DNA of 54,265 nt from a virus (Duplodnaviria > Caudoviricetes), in IMG/VR virus record IMGVR_UViG_3300012936_002700, positions 1-54,265 of that record. One strand, 5' to 3'. The notes beneath the pieces were generated by a model. The model worked only from the letters and a program-made list of their open reading frames with translations. It did no database searches and had not been told where the DNA came from. The position numbers were made by a program, and so were the translations under genes. This document shows positions 29,613 through 38,659 of this stretch, piece by piece. Position 1 is the stretch's first letter. Every line of letters begins with the position of its first letter.

Positions 29613-29641
29613 ATTATATTTAGAAAATTACGATTTGTCAA
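29613..29641 (-). promoter_or_regulatory. Consensus sigma70 promoter
   Basis: TTGACA-17 nt-TATAAT, then SD AGGAG. Confidence 0.8.
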
Positions 29642-30365
29642 GTGTTTTCTCTTGGCTAACAAATTCTAATGCATCAATTTGTGGCTTCCAACCAATTGAT
29701 GATAAATGACTAATGTCTGCGACATTGTCTTTACGTTCATGTTCATCGCCATTTCTTTCTTCATAATTTTCCAAACCTACTGCATTGCAGTAATCTGATA
29801 AAGGTCTTGACGTACCCGTTCCTACATCAATTACTCCTGTTAAATCACTTTCTAACAATTGAGTAACTGCTCTACACACATCAGATATATGTATAAAATC
29901 TCTTTTATGATCTACATTAATAAATGTAACTTCATTGTTTAATAATTTTGGTATAAACATATAATCTCTACCTGCGCCACCAATCACAGTTGTAAATCTC
30001 ATGCCTAAACTATCTTTTGGTGCAATACGTTCTACAACATATTTTGACATTGCATATGGATTTCTATATGGTTCTTTTGCAGTGCTTGAACTTGCATACA
30101 AAATTCTTGCCTTTGGAAATGCTTTAAATAATCTATTTGAAGCCACAACATTGTTTTCAAAATATTGTTGCGGAACTTCAAGGCTTTTTCTTACACCACT
30201 CATGGCCGCTAAATGCACCACTGCATCTACTTGGTAATTTAATTCACAATCAAGTAAGTCATTACCTGATTTAATGTCAACTGGTATCACAGTGTGCATT
30301 CCTGCCCAATACTTTTTAAGTACTGAACCTATCATGCCATCACTGCCTGTTAGTAGGATTCTCAT
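29628..30365 (-). CDS. NAD-dependent epimerase/dehydratase (extended SDR)
   Basis: TGSDGMIG, HLAA, ASSS, YAMSK (YxxxK), RDFIH..D. Confidence 0.9.
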   Translation of the reverse strand: MRILLTGSDGMIGSVLKKYWAGMHTVIPVDIKSGNDLLDCELNYQVDAVVHLAAMSGVRKSLEVPQQYFENNVVASNRLFKAFPKARILYASSSTAKEPYRNPYAMSKYVVERIAPKDSLGMRFTTVIGGAGRDYMFIPKLLNNEVTFINVDHKRDFIHISDVCRAVTQLLESDLTGVIDVGTGTSRPLSDYCNAVGLENYEERNGDEHERKDNVADISHLSSIGWKPQIDALEFVSQEKTLDKS

Positions 30366-30754
30366 GCCGCTACTTCCTCCTCGATGTATCTCAATAATTC
30401 TTTATCTTGTACATCGTTTGGTATGTCGTTTTTATAAAAGATTCGATAACTATCCGATCCATATTTTCCAATACCATATAGTTCTGTAGCATCTTCTCCG
30501 TCCCAATCTTCAAACTGTTCACTCATTCGATACAGTCTTTCTGCTCTTACTCTTTGCATACCAAGAGGTTTTAAAATATCCTCAAGTTGATTGCGAGTTG
30601 CGTGTAATAGACTGTTATGTGTTGGCCAACGTTTAAAGAATTCTGTAAGCACAGGTTTAGTTTGCTTTCTGTTGACTTGGTTCAAACAAATTACTCCAAC
30701 CATATGTTGCCATACGTTTTCTACTTGTTGTTGTACCATTAAGTCGTCTCTCAT
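30362..30754 (-). CDS. MBD4-like HhH-GPD DNA glycosylase
   Basis: ICLNQ, L.PLG...RA, LYGIGKYGSDSYRIF, DKEL..Y; start at 30754. Confidence 0.8.
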   Translation of the reverse strand: MRDDLMVQQQVENVWQHMVGVICLNQVNRKQTKPVLTEFFKRWPTHNSLLHATRNQLEDILKPLGMQRVRAERLYRMSEQFEDWDGEDATELYGIGKYGSDSYRIFYKNDIPNDVQDKELLRYIEEEVAA

Positions 30755-31293
30755 TTTGTAACTCCAAAATGTTTGAAAGTTGATTGGACACACTTTGCTT
30801 GATAATAACAATCTGCAAGTGCATTGTGTAATTCTTCTTGTACTGCTTTACGTGGATCTTGTGGCATCATACTGAACAATGTTCTACTATCTCTAATTTG
30901 CCAAAAGTTCCAAGGCACAGGCTTTCCAATATTTTTATATAAATTTTGTAGAATAGCATAATCAAACAAAGGACCTTGACACCATAATTGGTCAACACCT
31001 ACACAAAATTTATTAATTGCTTTTGTAAGTGTGTCCATATTCACTCTATCTTTATGGTCACCAAATGCTTCGTCTTGAATCTTTTGATCTTGTTTTGTCC
31101 ACCAAGCAAGTGTATTATCATCAATAGTTCTTTTGTATTTTTCAGATTGTTCTTCTATATCACAACGTAAATATAATCCGTTGTGTGGCTCTGCATCGGA
31201 ATAAGGATCAAACTTAATAGCACCAAGTGTAATAATTACACTATCTGGTTCAACACCAAGTGTTTCTAAGTCTATCATTCCATGTATAGCCAT
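30751..31293 (-). CDS. DEDDh 3'-5' exonuclease (DexA/Rv2179c-like)
   Basis: IDLETL, FD..IL, RD.RT, HNALAD. Confidence 0.85.
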   Translation of the reverse strand: MAIHGMIDLETLGVEPDSVIITLGAIKFDPYSDAEPHNGLYLRCDIEEQSEKYKRTIDDNTLAWWTKQDQKIQDEAFGDHKDRVNMDTLTKAINKFCVGVDQLWCQGPLFDYAILQNLYKNIGKPVPWNFWQIRDSRTLFSMMPQDPRKAVQEELHNALADCYYQAKCVQSTFKHFGVTK

Positions 31294-31421
31294 TATAAAA
31301 TCCTCATTAAAATTACAACTTGTAACATCAATACTGCAATAGGAACAATAGTTCTTATTAGTTCCATAGTATGATTATACTCATCTAATTTTCTTTCTAA
31401 TTTATTTCTTTTCTTTTTCAT
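31293..31421 (-). CDS. Small membrane protein (42 aa, not in track)
   Basis: MKKKRNKLERKLDEYNHTMELIRTIVPIAVLMLQVVILMRIL; TAATG coupling to the exonuclease. Confidence 0.6.
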   Translation of the reverse strand: MKKKRNKLERKLDEYNHTMELIRTIVPIAVLMLQVVILMRIL

Positions 31422-31424
31422 ATA

Positions 31425-34094
31425 TTAACCCCCAAAGTCAAATAAGTTATTAAATGTGTTTTTAGTTTTAGTGCTTTCTAAATCATAGTTAAGCACACCA
31501 ATCAAGTTGCCAAGTTTGTTGTCAATGATTGTTCCTTCCATAGCATCGCCATCGAACGGAAGTTCTTTAAACCAGTCCGGCAAATGTAATTCATCTACAG
31601 GATATGCAACACTTGTATAACCCATTGGATTTTGTTTTAGTTTACAAACAATAACTTTCATACCATCTACGATTTCTTGTGAATATTTGTCACCGTTCAT
31701 CTTTTTAAGTGTATTCCAGTTAATACTTGCTCTTACGTGTCCAGGCATATTTGCTTTACCTTGCTTTTGTTCAAGACGTTGATAATGTCCAATCTTGTTT
31801 GCACGTTTAGGCGAACCTTTTTCATGTCCAGGACGTGATTTAAATTCAGTTCTAAATTCTGTAATACGATCTAAAATAGTTTCTTCTTCTTCAAACTGTA
31901 ATACTTTAAGCAATAGTTCACTTAAAAAGTCTTGCATAAACACAGGAGTATCAGAACGTTTCAAGTCAAGACCCATTGCTTTTACTTTGCCTGGCTTACC
32001 ATCTACATCTGTACGTTCACCTTCATTATCATAAATTAGTGCGGCATACCTTTTCTTTGTAATGTACAATCCGCTTTCTGCAACAATCTCTCTACCTGCC
32101 GCAATTACATCTGATCTGCTTTTAGGACAATGAAATGCATCTATCATAAACTTAGGAAATGACTTGTTTGCTTCTGTACAAACTTGATCATACAATTTAA
32201 TTACATTGTCTTTACCCCAAGGAATATTACCTGCATCAATGTCTTGTTTAAGTACAGGATATGCACTAAAGTAACAGGAGTCTGTATCACCATATATAAT
32301 ACTTTTACCTACATGGTTGTATTCACCTGTAATAACTTTGTTTACTTCTGCGGACATATGTTTTACAATTTGTCTGCCTGTAAGTGTAGTTGATTGACCA
32401 ATACGTCCATCAAAGAATCTACAACCTGGATTAAGAATAGCACCATATAAACTATTTAGGTTAATTTTCTTAACAAGTTGCCTTTTATCCCAAAATTCTA
32501 TTTCTGCTTGGTTACCTGCATCAATGGCTTTCTTCTTCATTGCCTGCATATCTTTACGTTCACTATACCAACGTTTAAGTAGTCCTGGAATAACACCTTC
32601 ATACTCATATGTAAAAATAGTACCGTTAGCACTCATCATCCAAGGATTGTTGCTATCAAAAATTATTTTGTGTATTTGTGCACCACTCATTACATCACTT
32701 TGTCCGTTCTCCCAGTCTACAGTAATGCTTACATCTCTACGTTGTTCCATGACAGCATCATACTCCATAGTACCAAAACGACCTTCCCAAGCCGCCGCAA
32801 ATGATTTCTTTTTCAAGTTCATTTGTTCGCCTACATACTTGTTTGTAAGTTCTGGACGAAGTTGTCCTATTACAGTTTCAGGAGCCATGTTCAATGCTCT
32901 AATTACAGATGGATATAGTGAATTCAAGTCCATTGAACCAATCCATCTATGCACTCCTACCTTAGGAAAGGCCACGTAAGCACCTGCCGCCGGATCACTT
33001 CCAGGTTCACGTTTTACTCTATTAGGAACTTGCATTCCTCTGTGATGTGCTTCGTTGATAATTGCTTGTTCTGTAACTGCTACTGCACCCATAGTAGTCT
33101 GTAGCAAAACAGTATTTGCATGAGCAAGTTCGTTACTTAGGTCAATAAATCTTAGTTTTTTGTCCAGTTTGTCCAGCAGGGCAACGTCTTGTCTATTGTA
33201 TTCGATAAACGTTCTGAAGTCATTGTTATAAAGTTGATCGAGTGTACCTTCATACACAGTTTTCTTTTCACCAACTTCCATTTCTCCAATAGCGTCAAGT
33301 CTATATGTGTGTCTTTCTTCATATGTGTATTTACGATATAGTTCCAAACTATCTAAATGCACTCTGCCTATTAGGTCATAGGTTTCTTGTTGTCTTCCAA
33401 ACTTTTCATATTCTCTTTTCTTAGGAAACTGATCCCACAAACAAAAACGTCTTGTATCATCTTTACTCAATACTTTTGCAACACGATTGACTGTATATGG
33501 AATATCATAACCTTCACTGTTCCAACCAGTAATAATATCACTGTCTTGTATAAGATCAAGAAATGTTTTAAGCATATCTCTTTCATCAGCAAATAAATGT
33601 GTATTAGGAAATTCTTTGACTTGCTCTTGTGCTTCTTCCATTGTAAGTGTCTTAGGCGGAACTGCAAGTGTTACAAGACTGTCTAACCATTGCAAGTGTA
33701 CTGTGATTGCAGTAATTGGCATAAATGGATCACTTGGATCAGCAAAGCCTCTTTCAGGATCAAAGTCTGTCTCAATATCAAAGAATGCTACGTTAAGTTT
33801 AGGAGCATCATGATGTAGATAGTTTTCACTCAAACATTGGAATATAGGATTGATATCGCTTTCGAATAATTCTTTGTTTTTGTTTATTGCTTGTTCTTTA
33901 CGAAAGTCTTTTGTATTTTTACAAATAATTCTGTTTAAAGGATCACCGTGGATACTTTTATATTTCCCTCTTGGGTCTGCATAGTAAAATGTATATTTGA
34001 CTGGATATTCTGTAAAGTGTCTCTTACCATCTTTACGTTCTACAACACGAATAATATCTGCGTTGCGGTCAAAGTGTGCGTCTACGTAACTCAT
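31425..34094 (-). CDS. Family B DNA polymerase (gp43-like)
   Basis: Exo FDIET and YN..D; Pol DLNSLYPS, K...NSLYG, YGDTDS, KKRY. Confidence 0.97.
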   Translation of the reverse strand: MSYVDAHFDRNADIIRVVERKDGKRHFTEYPVKYTFYYADPRGKYKSIHGDPLNRIICKNTKDFRKEQAINKNKELFESDINPIFQCLSENYLHHDAPKLNVAFFDIETDFDPERGFADPSDPFMPITAITVHLQWLDSLVTLAVPPKTLTMEEAQEQVKEFPNTHLFADERDMLKTFLDLIQDSDIITGWNSEGYDIPYTVNRVAKVLSKDDTRRFCLWDQFPKKREYEKFGRQQETYDLIGRVHLDSLELYRKYTYEERHTYRLDAIGEMEVGEKKTVYEGTLDQLYNNDFRTFIEYNRQDVALLDKLDKKLRFIDLSNELAHANTVLLQTTMGAVAVTEQAIINEAHHRGMQVPNRVKREPGSDPAAGAYVAFPKVGVHRWIGSMDLNSLYPSVIRALNMAPETVIGQLRPELTNKYVGEQMNLKKKSFAAAWEGRFGTMEYDAVMEQRRDVSITVDWENGQSDVMSGAQIHKIIFDSNNPWMMSANGTIFTYEYEGVIPGLLKRWYSERKDMQAMKKKAIDAGNQAEIEFWDKRQLVKKINLNSLYGAILNPGCRFFDGRIGQSTTLTGRQIVKHMSAEVNKVITGEYNHVGKSIIYGDTDSCYFSAYPVLKQDIDAGNIPWGKDNVIKLYDQVCTEANKSFPKFMIDAFHCPKSRSDVIAAGREIVAESGLYITKKRYAALIYDNEGERTDVDGKPGKVKAMGLDLKRSDTPVFMQDFLSELLLKVLQFEEEETILDRITEFRTEFKSRPGHEKGSPKRANKIGHYQRLEQKQGKANMPGHVRASINWNTLKKMNGDKYSQEIVDGMKVIVCKLKQNPMGYTSVAYPVDELHLPDWFKELPFDGDAMEGTIIDNKLGNLIGVLNYDLESTKTKNTFNNLFDFGG

Positions 34095-34144
34095 TTATTC
34101 TCCTCTTTCTGTCATTTGCGGCTGACAAATACCAATTGTTTCGT

Positions 34145-34408
34145 TTATTGGCCGAAAAAACCATCTTGTATTAAACCTGCAATATATATTATTGTAAGGC
34201 CTGCGTTTAAAATAATCAACGACTTTTCTTTCCAAAGTACACCTACTGCCACCCAAATACCGTTAGCAATACAAAATGCGTAACTGTAGTAAGGGTACAT
34301 ATTGAAAGCGGCCATTGTAGCGGCAATCAATAATATAGTTGTGCCTGTCCAGGCTAACCCTTGATAAGGTTTACTCTGTGTTTGTTTTAATTTGTTTAAA
34401 GTACTCAT
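34145..34408 (-). CDS. Small multi-pass membrane protein
   Basis: Three hydrophobic segments. Confidence 0.7.
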   Translation of the reverse strand: MSTLNKLKQTQSKPYQGLAWTGTTILLIAATMAAFNMYPYYSYAFCIANGIWVAVGVLWKEKSLIILNAGLTIIYIAGLIQDGFFGQ

Positions 34409-34685
34409 TTACGTTTATTGCCTTGTCGTCTATCCAAATTTCGTAGTGTGGTTTGTGAAATCTTACTGTTGTATATTTTACTTCCCACTCTTCTAATTGC
34501 CTTTCTGTGAACTGTCTCCAATCCAAATGTGAATTTGCGCCTCTTGCTGTCCAATAATGTATTTCATTGCCTTCATCATAGAGTTTGTTAAAGTGGTCAA
34601 TTCTTTCTTGTATTGGTTTACTATTTTCATAATCACTTGCGTTAGTATAACATATTGTATTGTCAATGTCAACCATATAAATCAT
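34371..34685 (-). CDS. HAD-family phosphatase (capsule-biosynthesis phosphatase-like)
   Basis: DIDNTI, WTARG, KP...WIDDKA. Confidence 0.85.
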   Translation of the reverse strand: MIYMVDIDNTICYTNASDYENSKPIQERIDHFNKLYDEGNEIHYWTARGANSHLDWRQFTERQLEEWEVKYTTVRFHKPHYEIWIDDKAINVNEYFKQIKTNTE

Positions 34686-35128
34686 CTTTGACCCCTAATT
34701 TCTCTAAAAGTTTGGTTATCAGGATATTCACTATAATATCCTTTTTTCAATAGTTTATCACTTGCTTCTTTTGTTTCATCCAATTTCTGTAGAACAAAAA
34801 ATCTAATACTTGGATCATTTAAGTCGTTTTCGTAATCCATGTACTTGTATTCAATAAACAATACATTTCTATCCAAAAAATATCTTGTTCTACATAAACC
34901 AAATAGTTCTTGTCCTTCTGTTGGATCTTGTACATCATGTAAAATAACAAGAACTGCGTGACTATTATAACTATCGAACTCAAACATAATTTTCATTATA
35001 TCTAAGTATTGATCGGTGTGGACTCTTTTAACATCTTTGCTATTTGCCCAGGGACATCTTCCAGTAGATAATTGTTGTAGATGTGTGTCTAACCATTTAT
35101 CTATTTTCTCAACATCCATTACCACCAA
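34682..35128 (-). CDS. Hypothetical protein
   Basis: ORF; CPWA motif. Confidence 0.65.
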   Translation of the reverse strand: MVVMDVEKIDKWLDTHLQQLSTGRCPWANSKDVKRVHTDQYLDIMKIMFEFDSYNSHAVLVILHDVQDPTEGQELFGLCRTRYFLDRNVLFIEYKYMDYENDLNDPSIRFFVLQKLDETKEASDKLLKKGYYSEYPDNQTFREIRGQR

Positions 35129-35403
35129 CCTGCGGCTACTCCATATCCAAATATATTAACACATACGAACCAGCCTGTTATTAACATAACCCAAGCGGCC
35201 CCTCTACGATAAGATGCATAGCATTGTGTTGTACTTCCAACAAAAAATGCAGGGTAAACATATAACATATTAGGGTCCTTGGCTGTCAATGCCAGTGTCA
35301 TACTCGCACCAACTGTAAAAATAAAACTGATAAGTTCAAATGTAAATGCGATCTTATCAGACTTGTAACTATCAATCCAAAAGTTTTTTATCTTTTGCAA
35401 CAC
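35119..35403 (-). CDS. Small multi-pass membrane protein
   Basis: Hydrophobic segments. Confidence 0.7.
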   Translation of the reverse strand: MLQKIKNFWIDSYKSDKIAFTFELISFIFTVGASMTLALTAKDPNMLYVYPAFFVGSTTQCYASYRRGAAWVMLITGWFVCVNIFGYGVAAGWW

Positions 35404-35666
35404 TACACTTTATCCTTACCAACTGTAACGACGAGTGTTTCTAAATCATCAAACTCGTCTGCTACTTTTGCCCAATCTTGTTTATGAGCAACCTTAATGG
35501 CTTTGTTGATAAGTGCAGGTTTGATATCAAGTTCTTGTGCAACTGCTTTAACAGTTTCTCTAAGACCTTCTTGTAGGTCTTCTACTTCTCTCATAACGTT
35601 TGCGCCTTCGTTAACCAATCTTTCAAGTTTGGCTTTTTCGTCAGCACCGTATGTTCTACTTGACAT
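35403..35666 (-). CDS. T4 DsbA-like dsDNA-binding protein
   Basis: 87 aa helical; L...V.E...ELDI....INK.I...HK pattern resembles T4 DsbA. Confidence 0.6.
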   Translation of the reverse strand: MSSRTYGADEKAKLERLVNEGANVMREVEDLQEGLRETVKAVAQELDIKPALINKAIKVAHKQDWAKVADEFDDLETLVVTVGKDKV

Positions 35667-35691
35667 ATATATTCTCCTATATTATGTTAGT

Positions 35692-35720
35692 AGTATATAT
35701 TCAACAGACAGCGTTGTCAA
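35692..35720 (-). promoter_or_regulatory. Sigma70 promoter at the head of the replication block
   Basis: TTGACA-17 nt-TATACT; SD AGGAG downstream. Confidence 0.8.
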
Positions 35721-35732
35721 CAGTTAATGTGA

Positions 35733-36383
35733 CTATGTGTCCAATGTTTCGTCTTTTGATTTGTATGCCCATTGGTCTGTGTGTCCAACTGACCATTTTG
35801 GTGTATTTTCAACTGTGTAGTTTTGAGTGCATACTTTGAAGTCTGGAGTCATTTTATCAGGATTAACAAGACTTTGATCTGTAAACACAACTCTATTATT
35901 AGGTTGTGCCGCAAATTGTCCGTTATCAAGTTTTATAAAATTAAATGATTTGTGTTCTGGATCATGTTCAGAGAAGTTAGTATCTAAAGAACTGTTATCT
36001 CTATGACAAGTGTCAAGGGTAAACATATATTCACCTTTGTGCATTTTACGATCTTTGCCAAAAAATTCACAGTCACAAAGTAAAGGCTTTTTAATAACAG
36101 TAATATCGTAATCAAAACAATCCCATATTTGTAATGTGTCTAAAGGAAGTTGATTATCTTTGTCATAATCTTCTTTCCAAACAAATGCACTAATAGGTAG
36201 TTTATCATACAATGCTCCGTATTCTGTGAGTAATGTCTCAATATATAATGCTTTAGATTGTATGCTTCTTATTGATATCCAGACACCAGGGGTTAGTTCA
36301 CCGTGTCCTTTTTGATGATCGTACAGATATTCTTTTTTAACATAAACTTCTGTTGGTGGTAAATTGTGTACTAAAAAGGCCAT
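35733..36383 (-). CDS. Hypothetical phage protein
   Basis: ORF preceded by TAAATA (36411-36416); GQFAAQPNNR. Confidence 0.75.
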   Translation of the reverse strand: MAFLVHNLPPTEVYVKKEYLYDHQKGHGELTPGVWISIRSIQSKALYIETLLTEYGALYDKLPISAFVWKEDYDKDNQLPLDTLQIWDCFDYDITVIKKPLLCDCEFFGKDRKMHKGEYMFTLDTCHRDNSSLDTNFSEHDPEHKSFNFIKLDNGQFAAQPNNRVVFTDQSLVNPDKMTPDFKVCTQNYTVENTPKWSVGHTDQWAYKSKDETLDT

Positions 36384-36413
36384 AGTGTTCCTTGGTTAAG
36401 TTAGTACAAGTAT

Positions 36414-36539
36414 TTATCGCTTTTTCTTTTTCCTGCCTGCACAATGAGCCTTTTGAGAGAAGCCTTTTGGATTAGAACAGTTAATACTTTTCTTGTATTT
36501 TGCTGTCCATTTTTCTCGGACTATCTCTTTAAATCTCAT
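36414..36539 (-). CDS. 41-aa basic Cys-containing peptide with MRFKEIVRE leader (not in track)
   Basis: MRFKEIVREKWTAKYKKSINCSNPKGFSQKAHCAGRKKKKR. Confidence 0.7.
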   Translation of the reverse strand: MRFKEIVREKWTAKYKKSINCSNPKGFSQKAHCAGRKKKKR

Positions 36540-36730
36540 TTAATAAGGTCACAGGTTTTAGCATTGGCTGTAAGTTCTTCACCCTTTTTGTGTAACCATA
36601 CATAAGAGTATACAATAGTACCATCTTCTGCTTCACTACACTTTTTGCCAAATTTCATTGCTGGTGGTACAATGTGTCCACTGCATCCAGCCAAGAATAA
36701 ACCTAATGTGATAATTGCTATAAGTTTCAT
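36536..36730 (-). CDS. Small lipoprotein
   Basis: Signal peptide with LAGC lipobox. Confidence 0.7.
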   Translation of the reverse strand: MKLIAIITLGLFLAGCSGHIVPPAMKFGKKCSEAEDGTIVYSYVWLHKKGEELTANAKTCDLIK

Positions 36731-37137
36731 TTTGTTTTAACGTTCTTCGCTTTACCGCGTCTATTTTTGTTTGGATCTTCTCGACGCTTACGACTTGCGG
36801 CTTTTTTACGGCCTTTTTTACCTAAAGCATATGCTTTAGCGGCAGGTAAGCATTTAGGCTTTCCTTCTTTGCTACTGCCTCTTGCACACTGGCCTCTAAC
36901 TTTTCCATCAGGACCAAAGCGTACCCATTTCTGTTTAAACCATTTTTTAAGATTTTCGTTTAGTTCTACTTCTTCAGAAAACAGCAAGTTACCGCATTTT
37001 ACACAATAGTCAACGTGTTCACGTTTTACACAATTAGGTACACGTTTTCCGAACATGGTTTTCATGCCCTTCTTTTCGTAGCCTTTCCAGCAACGTGTTC
37101 CTTCGTCTATTATGTTGATTAGTTCTCTTAGCCTCAT
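36727..37137 (-). CDS. Basic modular protein, putative internal head protein
   Basis: Leader MRLRELINIIDE; modules CWKGY...PNCV and LNE/NLKKWF...KCLP. Confidence 0.7.
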   Translation of the reverse strand: MRLRELINIIDEGTRCWKGYEKKGMKTMFGKRVPNCVKREHVDYCVKCGNLLFSEEVELNENLKKWFKQKWVRFGPDGKVRGQCARGSSKEGKPKCLPAAKAYALGKKGRKKAASRKRREDPNKNRRGKAKNVKTK

Positions 37138-37138
37138 C

Positions 37139-37795
37139 TTACTTCTTACTGTTGCCCCAGTTCTTTGCGCCTTTCTTACGACACTGAACTAAAGCACCAG
37201 AGGCGTAAGCACTTGGCCAAACTTTGTATCTTGCTTTGACTTTATGATAACAAGCATCTTTTTTACCTGCGGCTTCGTCAAACTGTTCCTCAGTGATAGG
37301 CTTGTTAATGAAATTTTCTAATACTAATGACTGGTTAGTCTTTTTTTTTGAACTTAAATTTTCTTTAAGTTTATCTTCAAGTGAACTTTTGTAATTCTCT
37401 TTTTTCTTTTTACCGCGATCATGTTTATATGCTTCGTCGGTTTGTTTTTCTTTTTTATCTTTGATAGCCTTTTTCATAGGCTCTTTTTTATTGCCGTCTT
37501 TATCCATATCTAAAAAATCTGGTTTAGATTTCTTTGCTTCTTGTACTTCATCAAACTTTTGTTCGTAATCCATATGGTGATAAACAGATGCCATATAGTC
37601 TGCGGCTTTAGTAATTTTTGATTGCACCCAACCTTCAAGTCCTTCACGCTCTTCAACACCTTTAAGCATTTCGTGCATCTTAATGGAGTACTTGGCAATT
37701 TTGTACAGTTCTGCACGTGCCATTTGTACTTCGTGATCTGATTCAGCCTTGTATGCTAAATCTGCTAATCCTTCTTTAAGTTGTTTTGCTTTCAT
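37139..37795 (-). CDS. Modular protein, putative internal head protein
   Basis: Leader MKAKQLKE; DHEVQMAR module, EF-hand-like DMDKDGN, DACYHKVK...WPSAYASG module. Confidence 0.7.
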   Translation of the reverse strand: MKAKQLKEGLADLAYKAESDHEVQMARAELYKIAKYSIKMHEMLKGVEEREGLEGWVQSKITKAADYMASVYHHMDYEQKFDEVQEAKKSKPDFLDMDKDGNKKEPMKKAIKDKKEKQTDEAYKHDRGKKKKENYKSSLEDKLKENLSSKKKTNQSLVLENFINKPITEEQFDEAAGKKDACYHKVKARYKVWPSAYASGALVQCRKKGAKNWGNSKK

Positions 37796-37803
37796 AATAG
37801 TAT

Positions 37804-38655
37804 TTACCTTTTTACTGCGGCTCCGCCCATTAAGTTTGCTCCGCCCATATCCAAAGCATTTACCGCTGTACCATCACCTTTTTTCTTTTGTGGTGCTTTA
37901 GGTAAACCTTTTGAATCTCTTGGACGCTGTCCATATGCCATACTTGGATTTGCTACTGCGGCAATATTTCCTGCGGCTGTAGCACCTGCTGTAGCGGCTT
38001 CTTCAATGCCTGCAAGTTTTCTCATTTCGTTGGCTAAATCTGATACCGGCTTTTCTTGATTAACAGTTGCACCGGATACAATCTTTGCTAATTGTTTTAC
38101 AGCATCTACTTCTGATGCTTCATTGCTTGTATAACCTTTTTTGGCTCCGTCAACTTTTAATTTATGTAATCTACGACTTATTTCTTTTTTAAGATCATCA
38201 TCTTTATCTGTGTTTGGATCCATTTGAAGATCTTGAATGGCTTTTTTCTTAGCCATGTAATCTTCTTTATCTCTTGTAGGAGTAGTTCTACTATCTTCAG
38301 CCGCTGGTGCTGGAGCACCTCCTGCTTTTTCTGCTTGTTTAACAAGCATCATAAATTTGTTTCTTAAAGTTTGGTCACCAAGTATAGTTGATAATTGTTT
38401 TGCAAAAGGAGCAATTTGTTTGCTTAATGTTCCTGTTAATGCACCACCTGACGCAAGTTTATCTAAACCCTTTGCCATTGCCGCACCAGAACCGCTTTTG
38501 CCACCCATTTTATTAGCGGCCATTTTAGCACCTTGACCAACTTTTTGTGCTACTTTACCAGCCGCCGCTTTCACTGCACCAGCCGCTTGTGTTGCAGGCT
38601 CTTGTTGTTGTGCTAACGGGTTTTCTTCTATGCTTGTTAATTCTCTCAGTTTCAT
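37804..38655 (-). CDS. Ala/Gly-rich modular protein, putative internal head protein
   Basis: Leader MKLRELTSIEE; MRKLAGIEE/AATAGAT. Confidence 0.7.
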   Translation of the reverse strand: MKLRELTSIEENPLAQQQEPATQAAGAVKAAAGKVAQKVGQGAKMAANKMGGKSGSGAAMAKGLDKLASGGALTGTLSKQIAPFAKQLSTILGDQTLRNKFMMLVKQAEKAGGAPAPAAEDSRTTPTRDKEDYMAKKKAIQDLQMDPNTDKDDDLKKEISRRLHKLKVDGAKKGYTSNEASEVDAVKQLAKIVSGATVNQEKPVSDLANEMRKLAGIEEAATAGATAAGNIAAVANPSMAYGQRPRDSKGLPKAPQKKKGDGTAVNALDMGGANLMGGAAVKR

Positions 38656-38659
38656 ACTA

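Noticed and set aside
31425-34094. Intein or intron in DNA polymerase
   Set aside because: Continuous 889-aa ORF with normally spaced motifs and no splice-junction signature
37340-37349. Long T run (A run on the coding strand) as a frameshift or phase-variation site
   Set aside because: Encodes in-frame Lys residues in a Lys-rich protein and the ORF continues into a coherent module
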